Shown here piece after piece: positions 10,197-18,875 of a stretch of DNA of 33,963 bases. A model generated the notes under the pieces. The model did not search any database. It worked only from the letters and a program-made list of their open reading frames with translations, and was not told the origin of the DNA. The position numbers and the translations under genes were made by a program. Within the stretch, counting starts at the first letter, position 1, and each line of letters opens with the position of its first letter. Source of the DNA: an uncultured Muribaculaceae bacterium (GTDB taxonomy: Bacteria > Bacteroidota > Bacteroidia > Bacteroidales > Muribaculaceae); contig CAMWGM010000001.1 in NCBI GenBank assembly GCA_947173755.1, positions 1 to 33,963 on the forward strand, given 5' to 3'.

Positions 10197-10342
10197 AGAA
10201 ATATGGAATTGATTTTTTGGATTTCGGGAGGGATAAAAATCGGTTTTATGTCTTTATGAGACGATGCGTCGCGTGTGCCCGCACGTACCATGTAAACAAA
10301 CTTTCTGACGAAAAGTTCAACTTTTCCGCAAGTTTCAATTTT

Positions 10343-10374
10343 TTTGGAAAACTCGGGGAAAATTTTTAATTTTG
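10343..10374 (+). promoter_or_regulatory. Consensus Bacteroidetes promoter for the PfkB-like/TPR/ribH/DUF2851 operon
   Basis: TTTG (10343-10346), 20-nt spacer, TAATTTTG (10367-10374). Confidence 0.85.
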
Positions 10375-10514
10375 TGGTCGGCCCGACACCCGTCGGCATC
10401 CTCTTTTGAACCAACTCTCCCCACGGATGTTACTTATTTGAAAAGAGATTTTTATCACTTCTTTTCAGATCATTGATTTTGAAGAATACTTACCTGTTAA
10501 ACTGAATTTCCGCT

Positions 10515-11363
10515 ATGAATAAAGTCTATTTTTTGGGTGAATTGTCGCTGACGGTCGGTCTGACCACTAAAGGCAAAGCCGATCTCCGTGTGGGCGACCG
10601 TCTCGTGCTTGCTGCCGTGCTCGACGGCATGATGGGTGTCGAAACATTTTTTGTAGGCGAGGCCGCCGCTGATGTCGTCGGCGATTTCATAGTGGATTAT
10701 CTCAATAAGAACGGAGTCGATACAAAGTCGGTCGACCGTTACACCGAAGGTGCAACAGCCGTCACGGTCGGCCATTCCGAACGTGAGGATGCCAAACCTA
10801 TCGTCCACACTTCCTATCCTGCCGAACCGGTCAATCCCATCTGGCCGAAGTTCGAGGAGGGTGACGTGGTGGTCTACGGTGGATATATGGCAATCGACGA
10901 GCGCAATCACGGTGCCCTCCTCGATCTGCTCAAATATGCCAAGAACAGGAAAGCATATCTAGTCTATGTGCCCTATTTCGAGCCTTCGCGCGTGCCCAGG
11001 ATCACCCGTGTGATGCCAGCCGAATTCGAATGCCTCGAGATGGCCGATCTCATCGTCTCCGGAGTCGACGATATCGCCGCTATCTTCCCCGGCGAGGATA
11101 CCGGCGTCGCCTTCCGCGACCATATCCTCTTCTATTGCCGCCGTCTGCTCGTCACCAACTATCAGGAAAAGAAACTTCATTTCTTCGATGGCGACGCTTC
11201 CTGGACCAAAGAGTGCCACCCGACCACCAATTCGCGTCTCGAGTGGTGTGCAGGTGTGCTCGCCGGCACGACACGCGCTCTCGTCGAAGGTATGCGCGAT
11301 CCTGATGAGATCATGAACAAGGCCAACGAAACCGCTCATTCTGAAATTGCAGGTACTGTCTGA
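10515..11363 (+). CDS. PfkB/ribokinase-fold protein, divergent (lacks GAGD motif)
   Basis: The N-terminal pattern KVYFLGE...GVETFFVGEAAADVVGDFIVDYLNKNGVDT...T resembles PfkB signature 1. LEMADLI is also typical. The C-terminal signature is degenerate. Confidence 0.75.
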   Translation: MNKVYFLGELSLTVGLTTKGKADLRVGDRLVLAAVLDGMMGVETFFVGEAAADVVGDFIVDYLNKNGVDTKSVDRYTEGATAVTVGHSEREDAKPIVHTSYPAEPVNPIWPKFEEGDVVVYGGYMAIDERNHGALLDLLKYAKNRKAYLVYVPYFEPSRVPRITRVMPAEFECLEMADLIVSGVDDIAAIFPGEDTGVAFRDHILFYCRRLLVTNYQEKKLHFFDGDASWTKECHPTTNSRLEWCAGVLAGTTRALVEGMRDPDEIMNKANETAHSEIAGTV

Positions 11364-11380
11364 GTTACCTGGCTGCTGAA

Positions 11381-12403
11381 ATGTCCGAATCAGCCGACAA
11401 TACAGTCTCACCTTCGCTCACGACACTTGCCGAGGAATTCCTTCCCGCCCGTTCCCCGGCAGGTCCCGCTATAGCCACTGATATCTATCACCTTCACGAT
11501 CTTGTTGCCGCAGACTTCGACACTCTGGTGACTTTGTTAAGGCGTGAGGCTTCGCGTCCGGGGGCTGTCGGGCGCCTGAAGGCTTTGGAATCGGTCGCAG
11601 CCGCTGACGCATCCATTTCCGAAACCCGCGCCGCGGTCAATCTTCGTGCACTGCTGCTGCAGATGCTGACAGCCATTCAGATTGAAAATGCCGACTATCT
11701 GAATGCCGCCGTGACCGCTGCCGGAGCCCTTAATCTCCTTGCTCTCGAGCCGCGGCGCAAGGATTATCCCTTTATGGTGATCCTCGGATCGCTGCTCTAC
11801 GACATTGCATCGCTGCATGCCCTTCGCGGCGAGTTCCGTCAGGCCGAGCGTAGCATCGAGAAGGCTCTCAAAGTGTTCGAACGCCTCGCGCGCACAAGTC
11901 CTGACCGTTTCGGAAGCGCCCACACGATGGCTCTCGACAAGGCGACCGCAATCTATCGCGACCGCACGGCTCAGACCGAACTCCTTTCGCGTTATCAGGC
12001 CGACACGACACGGTATCTCCAGCAGATGATAGAGCAGGGGTCGCCTGATGCAGCCTGGCGGCTCACACGATCTCTTGCCGCCGAAGGTGAAACCCTCGCA
12101 AGAATGGGGCGTCATCGCGAAGCCATGCAGTATTTCACCCGCTCACTGAAATATCTGACACGTCTCGAGCCCGACGAGTTCTCGCTCGAGCAGTTGAGAC
12201 TTTCGATCGCTCTCGGTGAGGCCATGCTCCATGTCGCCGCTATGCGCGACAAAGGTGTGCATCTTCTCAACACGATGCTCCACAAGGCCACCCGCCTCGG
12301 AGCCGCCGACGAGCACCGCCGCATTGTCAGCGCTCTCTTTCACGACAAAAGCCGCACGTTCGACATCCTGTCGATCTGGCACAAGATATTCCCGAAATCT
12401 TAA
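11381..12403 (+). CDS. Tetratricopeptide-repeat-like helical protein
   Basis: TPR-like segments LLYDIASLHALRGEFRQAERSIEKALKV and LAAEGETLARMGRHREAMQYFTRSL; closely spaced in the operon. Confidence 0.7.
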   Translation: MSESADNTVSPSLTTLAEEFLPARSPAGPAIATDIYHLHDLVAADFDTLVTLLRREASRPGAVGRLKALESVAAADASISETRAAVNLRALLLQMLTAIQIENADYLNAAVTAAGALNLLALEPRRKDYPFMVILGSLLYDIASLHALRGEFRQAERSIEKALKVFERLARTSPDRFGSAHTMALDKATAIYRDRTAQTELLSRYQADTTRYLQQMIEQGSPDAAWRLTRSLAAEGETLARMGRHREAMQYFTRSLKYLTRLEPDEFSLEQLRLSIALGEAMLHVAAMRDKGVHLLNTMLHKATRLGAADEHRRIVSALFHDKSRTFDILSIWHKIFPKS

Positions 12404-12424
12404 CCACTCAGAATAAAAATTGCT

Positions 12425-12904
12425 ATGTCGCAACATACTCCCACCATGCCTCTTCCTGAAGTGAAGGATGCCCGCGTGGCCATCGTGGCTGCCGAATGGA
12501 ACGGTCATATCACCGGAGCGCTCGCCGACGGCGCCGTCGCAGTCCTCCGTGACAACGGTTTCAAGGAGGATGACATCTATCTCTGTCACGTCCCCGGCAC
12601 GATCGAACTTACATTCGCCGCCTCCCAACTCATCGAGACCGAGCAGTTCGATGCTGTCATTGTGATCGGTGTCGTGATCCGCGGCGACACTCCCCACTTC
12701 GACTATGTCTGCCAGAGTGTCACCCAGGGAATGACCGCCCTCAATGCCGACTGCGATATACCTGTCATCTTCGGTGTGCTGACCGTCGAAAATGAACAGC
12801 AGGCTCTCGACCGTGCCGGCGGTATTGTCGGTAATAAAGGTGCCGAGGCCGCCGAGGCCGCTATCAAGATGATAGCCTTCAACCGTATCGTCAACGATCT
12901 CTGA
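12425..12904 (+). CDS. ribH: 6,7-dimethyl-8-ribityllumazine synthase
   Basis: VAIVAAEWN, VPGTIEL, GVVIRGDTPHFDYV, PVIFGVLT, QALDRAG, GNKGAEAA. Confidence 0.98.
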   Translation: MSQHTPTMPLPEVKDARVAIVAAEWNGHITGALADGAVAVLRDNGFKEDDIYLCHVPGTIELTFAASQLIETEQFDAVIVIGVVIRGDTPHFDYVCQSVTQGMTALNADCDIPVIFGVLTVENEQQALDRAGGIVGNKGAEAAEAAIKMIAFNRIVNDL

Positions 12905-12937
12905 CCCGGCATTTTTCCGCTTTAGAAATCCGGGCTC

Positions 12938-14221
12938 ATGGAGAGGCTCATGCAATATGTGTGGCAACACCGTCTGTTGGTGCAGAACGATCTGCACACT
13001 ACCGACGGTCGGCGCGTGGTCATCATCGACCCCGGCCTGCTTAACACGGCCTCCGGTCCCGATTTTTTCAATGCCAAGGTTGAGATCGGCGGTCACATAT
13101 GGGCCGGTGATGTCGAGATACATGTCCGTGCTTCCGACTGGCACCGCCATCATCACGATTCCGATCCTGCCTATGACTCTGTCGTGCTCCATGTGGTCGA
13201 CAACGACGACGCCTCCATAGCGCGGCGCAACGGCGAGGTGATCCCCCAGATGGTGATGAGATGTGAGAAGGATTTCCACCGTTCCTATGCGGCGCTCACC
13301 GACCGTGCCGCCTCCGATCTCCCGTGCCGCGACTGGATCGCCTCGCTCCCTTCGATCCATCTCACCGACTGGGTGGGTGCGCTTGCCTACGAGCGTGCCT
13401 ATTTCAAGGCTGACCGTATGCTCGAACTCCTCGAGGAGTATTCGGGAAACTGGGAGGAGGTGATTTATGTGACACTTGCCCGTGCTCTCGGATTCGGCAC
13501 CAATGCCGAGCCTATGGAGCGTCTGGCGCGTTCGTTGCCTTTGAGCATACTGCGCAAACATGCCGACGATCCTACCGTGATAGAGGCTCTGATGTTCGGC
13601 CAGGCGGGTCTTCTCGACCATGCGCCGTCTGACGATCCTTATGTCGTCACGCTCCGGCGCGAGCATGCTTTCCATGCGGCAAAGTTCGGATTGCGTCCCC
13701 TGCAGCCTCTCGGCTGGAAAATGTCGGGCATGCGTCCGCAGGGATTTCCTTACCGCCGCATAGCGCGTCTGGCTCAGTTTGTGTGCGAGGATTCCCGTTT
13801 CGCCTCGCGACTGTTGTCGACGACGGATGTCGAGGAGATTGTCGGATGGTTCTGCCGGCCCGTCAGCGGTTACTGGGCATTCCACTATACGTTCGGATCG
13901 CGGACGGCCACTGAAATCACAGCCATGGGCAAACCCTCGGCTTACGGAATGGTGATAAATGTGGTGGTACCCCTGATGGTGGCTTACGGGATCAAACGGG
14001 GTGACGACCGTTCGATCGAACGTGCCGTGGATATGCTTCAGAGCCTTCCGTCAGAGAAGAATGTGATCACCGATCTGTTCGGTAAGGCGGGACTGAAGAG
14101 CCGCGATGCTTTCACGTCGCAGGCGCTCATACATCTTCGCCGCATGTACTGCGAGCCTAAACGGTGTCTGTTTTGCCGCATCGGTCACCGGATGCTTGCC
14201 GCTTCAGCCCGGCGTCGCTGA
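12938..14221 (+). CDS. DUF2851 family protein
   Basis: MERLMQYVW, N..SGPDFFNA, WAGDVEIHVRASDW..H.H..DPAYDSVVLHVV, RPQGFP, C-terminal YCEPKRCLFCRIG. Pattern recognised as DUF2851. Confidence 0.85.
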   Translation: MERLMQYVWQHRLLVQNDLHTTDGRRVVIIDPGLLNTASGPDFFNAKVEIGGHIWAGDVEIHVRASDWHRHHHDSDPAYDSVVLHVVDNDDASIARRNGEVIPQMVMRCEKDFHRSYAALTDRAASDLPCRDWIASLPSIHLTDWVGALAYERAYFKADRMLELLEEYSGNWEEVIYVTLARALGFGTNAEPMERLARSLPLSILRKHADDPTVIEALMFGQAGLLDHAPSDDPYVVTLRREHAFHAAKFGLRPLQPLGWKMSGMRPQGFPYRRIARLAQFVCEDSRFASRLLSTTDVEEIVGWFCRPVSGYWAFHYTFGSRTATEITAMGKPSAYGMVINVVVPLMVAYGIKRGDDRSIERAVDMLQSLPSEKNVITDLFGKAGLKSRDAFTSQALIHLRRMYCEPKRCLFCRIGHRMLAASARRR

Positions 14222-15161
14222 GTATGCGTCGCGTGTTGCGGAGATCGGTTTCAAGTTGTGCACGCAGACGTTGGGGCGACTCGAACCGTTGTTCGGGCCG
14301 GAGATAGGAGATTAATTCCACCTTTACCTGGTCGTCATACAGATATCCGCTGAAGTCTATGATATGGGCTTCGATCGAGAGTGTACCCGGCGAATGTTCC
14401 GCTCCGGGGAAAGTGGCGGCCACGGTGGGACGGTAGCCGATGTTGACCATTGCGGGACGGCGCACGCCATCGGGAGTGGTCACGAACGCGGCATAGGCAC
14501 CCTTGAGCGGTATGAGCAGTTTGTTGTCAGCCGGTGCTATGTTGGCGGTGGGGAAACCGAGGCCTGATCCGATGTGGTTGCCTCTCACCACTTTTCCTTC
14601 AATCGCATATGGACGTCCGAGCATTCGGGCAGCCTCTTCGGGATGACCTTCGTGAAGGGCGCGGCGTATGGCCGACGAATTTACTCCTGATTTTGTATAT
14701 GACGGACGGTGCTCGGATGCTCCGATTACTTCTACACCCGTTTTAGAGCCGATTTCACGCAGTTTTTCCACTGAACTGACCCGATCATGCCCCAGGCGGT
14801 TGTCAAAGCCTACGACGAGCGCTCTGACCCCAAATTTGTCATGCAGAAGTCTGATGAACTCCTCGGCCGACAGATTGCGCAGGTCTTCTGTGAAACTTAA
14901 CAGGATCACATCGTCAATTCCCTCGGCTCCGATGAGGCTGACACGGTCGGGGAGTGCCGAGAGGAGTGCGGGTGCATCGGCCGGACTCACCACAGTCAGC
15001 GGATGATGGGAGAAGGTGACTGCCGCCGGGGTGAGCGAACGGTAGCGGCCCTCGAGTTTTAGAATGTCGAGCAGATAGCGATGGCCGGTGTGGACACCGT
15101 CATACATGCCGACAGCCGCTATGCGCGGCCGTGAGGAATCGGGAGTGGTGATGAGATTCAT
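14157..15161 (-). CDS. ribF: Bifunctional riboflavin kinase / FAD synthetase
   Basis: GMYDGVHTGH, TFSHHP, VVGFD, SSAIRRAL, GFPTAN, NIGYRPT, IEAHIIDF, LRPEQRF. Confidence 0.97.
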   Translation of the reverse strand: MNLITTPDSSRPRIAAVGMYDGVHTGHRYLLDILKLEGRYRSLTPAAVTFSHHPLTVVSPADAPALLSALPDRVSLIGAEGIDDVILLSFTEDLRNLSAEEFIRLLHDKFGVRALVVGFDNRLGHDRVSSVEKLREIGSKTGVEVIGASEHRPSYTKSGVNSSAIRRALHEGHPEEAARMLGRPYAIEGKVVRGNHIGSGLGFPTANIAPADNKLLIPLKGAYAAFVTTPDGVRRPAMVNIGYRPTVAATFPGAEHSPGTLSIEAHIIDFSGYLYDDQVKVELISYLRPEQRFESPQRLRAQLETDLRNTRRILSDAGLKRQASGDRCGKTDTV

Positions 15162-15769
15162 TTCTCCGGTATCAGATTGATGAATTCCGTGCCTGGTGCG
15201 ACATGGACCGCCTGATAACCGCAGCGGCGCGCCGCCTCGCAGTTTGACTCTGAATCGTCGAGGAAAAGTGTCTCCTCGGGAAGGATATCGCAGTGGCGCG
15301 CGGTATATTCGAATATCTCGGCATCAGGTTTGTAGCAATGTGCCTCAAAACTTGCCACTATTCCGTCGAAATAATCTTTCATCTCAAGACCTTCCTGCCG
15401 GAACTGTTCGGCGATCATCGAGTTCCACATGATGGCGTTGGTGTTGGAGAGGAGATAGATGCCATACTTCCCGCGGAGTTGGCGGAGCGCTTCGAGGCGG
15501 TGACGCGGTATGCCGATCAGGAAGCGGCAGAAGGCTTGGTCGATCATCTCGTCGGTCACTCCCGGACGGAAATGAGGTTTCAGCCGGTCGCGGAACTCCT
15601 GTGGAGTGATATCGCCCCGCTCGAGAGCAAGAAAATCACCCTTCTGGCCATAGACCCCGAGAAAATCGTCGGCATCGGTCATGCCGAGTTCCTCGAATGC
15701 CCTTACACAACGGTCGCGGTCGAGATCCATGATCACACCGCCCAGATCGAACAGAAGATTTTTTATCAT
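15158..15769 (-). CDS. HAD-family phosphatase (YihX-like)
   Basis: FDLGGVI (motif I), LLSNTN (II), KPD (III), FLDDSESN (IV). ATGA overlap with ribF. Confidence 0.9.
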   Translation of the reverse strand: MIKNLLFDLGGVIMDLDRDRCVRAFEELGMTDADDFLGVYGQKGDFLALERGDITPQEFRDRLKPHFRPGVTDEMIDQAFCRFLIGIPRHRLEALRQLRGKYGIYLLSNTNAIMWNSMIAEQFRQEGLEMKDYFDGIVASFEAHCYKPDAEIFEYTARHCDILPEETLFLDDSESNCEAARRCGYQAVHVAPGTEFINLIPEK

Positions 15770-15785
15770 GATGAGTGCTTTTCTG

Positions 15786-15793
15786 CAAAATTA
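15786..15793 (-). promoter_or_regulatory. -7 promoter box for HAD-ribF
   Basis: Minus strand TAATTTTG 16 nt before the HAD start codon, downstream of the peptidase terminator. Confidence 0.7.
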
Positions 15794-15828
15794 GCAATTT
15801 TTCCACAATGTGATAGGGTCCGCATAAT

Positions 15829-15856
15829 AAAAAAGAGCCCCGGAGGGCTCTTTTTT
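15829..15856 (-). terminator. Intrinsic terminator after the M13 peptidase gene
   Basis: AAAAAAGAGCCC-CGGA-GGGCTCTTTTTT, a perfect stem with T6 on both strands. Confidence 0.9.
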
Positions 15857-15879
15857 AAAGATAGTGCGGGAGTATTTTC

Positions 15880-17934
15880 TTACCAGATGATGACGCGCTC
15901 AGCCTCGGGGCGGAACATCGGCTGGCCTTCGCTGATCGAGAATGCCTCGAAGAAGGGTGCGATGTTGCGCAGGGTGACATTCACGCGGTTGCGGCCGAGC
16001 GAGTGGACATCGCCTGTGGTGAGTGACTGGATCTCCTCGTCGCGGATATTTCCTGCCCAGAGGTTGGCATAGTTCATATAGAATACCTGAGCGGGGGTGA
16101 AGCCGTCGATCTTGGCATCCTCGGAGTTGATGTCGACACCCTTTGCCTTCTGAGAGTTGAGGAAAGCGGTCATCGCTACGCGCAGACCACCCTGGTCGGC
16201 AATGTTCTCGCCGAGAGTGTAACTGCCGTTTGCGTGGAGGCCGGGGAGCACTTCCACTTCGTCGAACTGCTTGACAAGACCTTGGGCGAGTTGGTTGAAC
16301 TTGTCGGCATCCTCCTGGGTCCACCAGTCGGTCATGTTGCCCTTGGCGTCGAAGTTACGGCCCTGGTCGTCGAAACCGTGGGTCATCTCATGGCCGATCA
16401 CTACGCCGATACCACCGTAGTTTTCAGCATCTGAAGCATTGGGGTCGAAGAAGGGAGCCTGAAGGATACCGGCGGGGAAGACGATCTCGTTTGCCATGGG
16501 GTTGTAGTAGGCGTTGACGGTCTGGGGAGTCATGCCCCATTCGGTTTTGTCGACAGGTTTGCCCCACTTCGAATAGATGTCTGCCTGATGCCACATGGAG
16601 ACGTTGTGCATGTTCTCGTAGTAGGAGAGAGCGGGATCGATCTCCATTGTGGAATAGTCTTTCCACTTGTCGGGATAGCCGATCTTGACGGTGAAGGCGG
16701 CGAGTTTCTCGCGTGCCTTGGCCTTGGTCTCGGGGCTCATCCACTGGAGGGAGTCGATGTGCTGTCCGAGTGCTGTGCGGAGGTTCTCAACGAGGCCCAC
16801 CATGTACTCCTTGGAGGATGCGGGGAAGTATTTCTCGACGTAGAGTTCGCCGATTGCCTCGCCGAGAGCACCTTCGGTAGCGCCGAGCGCACGTTTCCAC
16901 AGAGGACGGAGTTCCTTGACGCCGCTCATGACCTTAGCGAATTCGAAATTGGCCTGGGTGAAGTTGTCGGAGAGGGCAGAGGAGGCCTGATTGACATACT
17001 TCCAGAGATAGTAGTCCTTGAGTTCGCGCTCGGAGAGCGAAGAGAAGAGCTGGTTGGCACGGGCGACCGACTTGGGCTCGGTGACGATCACCGTGTCGGG
17101 CGACTCGATACCCATGGTCTCGATGAAGAAGCGGTCCCAGGGAATGGAGGGATAGGACTTTTTGAGATCGGCGAAAGAGTAGGGGTTGTTCATCGCCACG
17201 ATGTTGCGGCTCTCCTCGCGGGTGAGGGCTTCCTGAGCGAGCGAGGTCTCGATCTTCATGACGTTGGCGGTGATGCGGTCGGCATCGGCTTCGGAGAGAC
17301 CTGCGTTCTGCATCTGGGTTTTGATGAGGGTCTTGTAGGCGTTGCGGACGGCAGTGTTGCGCTCGTCGTCGGCGAGATAGTAGTCGCGGTCGCCGAGACC
17401 CATACCGCCGCCGCTGATATACATGGCATATTCATCGGAGTTGGCGAAACTTTCCATCGGGCCTGCGCCGAAAAGGGGGCTGGCATAGTTGCCGTGCATC
17501 CAGAGGAAGAGATCGGTCATGGAGTCGGAGGGAGTTGACTCGATGCGTGCGAGATCGGCCTGAATAGGAGCAGCGCCTTCGGCATTGCGGCGTGCAGTGT
17601 CCATGGCCTGCGAATAGACGGTCCACACTTTGTGGGCCACGGTGCCCGGCTCGGGATTCGACTCGCCCAGATGCTGCACGAGGTTCTTGACGCGCTCTTC
17701 GGAAGAGTCGTTGAGGATGTTGAACTGGCCGTAACGGGCAAATTCATCGGTGAGCGGGTGTGCTTCCATCCATCCCTTGTTGACATGGGTGTAGAAGTCG
17801 GCGCCCGGAGCCACCGTCGTGTCGATATAATCTTTATTCAGGCTGGCGAGATGTTCAGCCGAATTATGCGAGCATGCTGTCATGGCTGCGATGATGAGGG
17901 AAATTCCGGCTGCTGCCGGGAGAAGGGATTTCAT
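15880..17934 (-). CDS. M13 family zinc metallopeptidase (PepO/neprilysin-like), probable lipoprotein
   Basis: VNAYY, FPAGILQ, HEMTH zinc motif, GENIAD, H-S...R. The N-terminal hydrophobic signal ends in MTAC (lipobox-like). Confidence 0.95.
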   Translation of the reverse strand: MKSLLPAAAGISLIIAAMTACSHNSAEHLASLNKDYIDTTVAPGADFYTHVNKGWMEAHPLTDEFARYGQFNILNDSSEERVKNLVQHLGESNPEPGTVAHKVWTVYSQAMDTARRNAEGAAPIQADLARIESTPSDSMTDLFLWMHGNYASPLFGAGPMESFANSDEYAMYISGGGMGLGDRDYYLADDERNTAVRNAYKTLIKTQMQNAGLSEADADRITANVMKIETSLAQEALTREESRNIVAMNNPYSFADLKKSYPSIPWDRFFIETMGIESPDTVIVTEPKSVARANQLFSSLSERELKDYYLWKYVNQASSALSDNFTQANFEFAKVMSGVKELRPLWKRALGATEGALGEAIGELYVEKYFPASSKEYMVGLVENLRTALGQHIDSLQWMSPETKAKAREKLAAFTVKIGYPDKWKDYSTMEIDPALSYYENMHNVSMWHQADIYSKWGKPVDKTEWGMTPQTVNAYYNPMANEIVFPAGILQAPFFDPNASDAENYGGIGVVIGHEMTHGFDDQGRNFDAKGNMTDWWTQEDADKFNQLAQGLVKQFDEVEVLPGLHANGSYTLGENIADQGGLRVAMTAFLNSQKAKGVDINSEDAKIDGFTPAQVFYMNYANLWAGNIRDEEIQSLTTGDVHSLGRNRVNVTLRNIAPFFEAFSISEGQPMFRPEAERVIIW

Positions 17935-17961
17935 TATAGATACGGGTTAAGGATGATATTG

Positions 17962-18195
17962 TCAGGATTGGGCTTGCTGGAGAGGCTTGAGGATCTCCGC
18001 GAGTTCTTTCTCGGTGGCGGTGAGGCGTGAGCGGCAGGCGGCGAGAAGTTCTGTGGCCCGGGAGGTATAGGCGGCCAGTGAGTCGATGTCACACCGGTCG
18101 CTCTGCATCAGACGGAGGATTTCCTCGAGTTCATCGAGAGCCTCGTTATATGACAGTGAGTCTATCGGACGTGGCGCGGGAGCGGAATCTTTCAT
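17962..18195 (-). CDS. xseB: Exodeoxyribonuclease VII small subunit
   Basis: LSYNEALDELEEIL...DIDSL...RATELLAACRSRL...E; 77 aa; ATGA overlap with adk. Confidence 0.9.
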   Translation of the reverse strand: MKDSAPAPRPIDSLSYNEALDELEEILRLMQSDRCDIDSLAAYTSRATELLAACRSRLTATEKELAEILKPLQQAQS

Positions 18196-18761
18196 CGGTC
18201 GATAATGTTTGTGATAGACGAGAAGATCTTGTCGATATCGCCGGTGCCGTCGACAGGGTTATAAAGACCTTCGTTGATATAGAAGTCGCGCAGAGGTTTG
18301 GTGGTGTTGTGATAGACTTCAAGACGGTTGGCGATTGTCTCGGATTTGTCGTCGGCACGTCCGGAGATCTTGCCGCGGTTGATGAGACGCTCGGTGAGTT
18401 CTTCGTCGGGCACTTCGAGACCCACAACGGCATTAAGGTGCTGACCTCGGCTGTCGAGCATTTTCTTGAGTTCTTCAGCCTGTGTGATGGTGCGGGGGAA
18501 ACCGTCGAAAATGAAACCTTTTGAAGATGGGAGGAGGGAGTCAATCCTGGCGGCGAGAATCTCACACATGAGAGAGTCGGGAATGAGATGGCCTTTGGAG
18601 ATGTAGGAGTCGGCGAGTTTACCGAGTTCGGTGCCGTCGGCAATCTCTTTGCGGAGCACTTCGCCGGTAGATATGTGGGTCAATCCGTAACGGTCGATAA
18701 GTTTGGCGCTCTGGGTGCCTTTGCCGCATCCGGGTGCGCCGAAAATCACGATGTTATACAT
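18192..18761 (-). CDS. adk: Adenylate kinase (short LID type)
   Basis: GAPGCGKGTQ, HISTGEVLR, G.LIPD, FDGFPRT..QA, RADD, RLEVY. Confidence 0.97.
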   Translation of the reverse strand: MYNIVIFGAPGCGKGTQSAKLIDRYGLTHISTGEVLRKEIADGTELGKLADSYISKGHLIPDSLMCEILAARIDSLLPSSKGFIFDGFPRTITQAEELKKMLDSRGQHLNAVVGLEVPDEELTERLINRGKISGRADDKSETIANRLEVYHNTTKPLRDFYINEGLYNPVDGTGDIDKIFSSITNIIDR

Positions 18762-18875
18762 TTCTAAATGCTAAGTACCTATCTAATTTGGAATTGATAA
18801 TGCTTGTTGAACGCGTGGGAGAGCGGTTGGAAATACGGAGAGATGAGTCAGGGAGAGAGAAATGTGACGGAACGG

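Noticed and set aside
10375-10514. FMN riboswitch ahead of the ribH operon (also sought before HAD-ribF)
   Set aside because: RFN consensus blocks are not visible, and the HAD-ribF leader is far too short.
12143-13885. 580-aa antisense ORF, and similar long shadow ORFs at 516-1391, 4744-6180, 16588-17538 and 26462-27994
   Set aside because: They lie opposite well-supported genes, carry no recognisable motifs, and are expected from GC-rich codon bias that depletes antisense stops.
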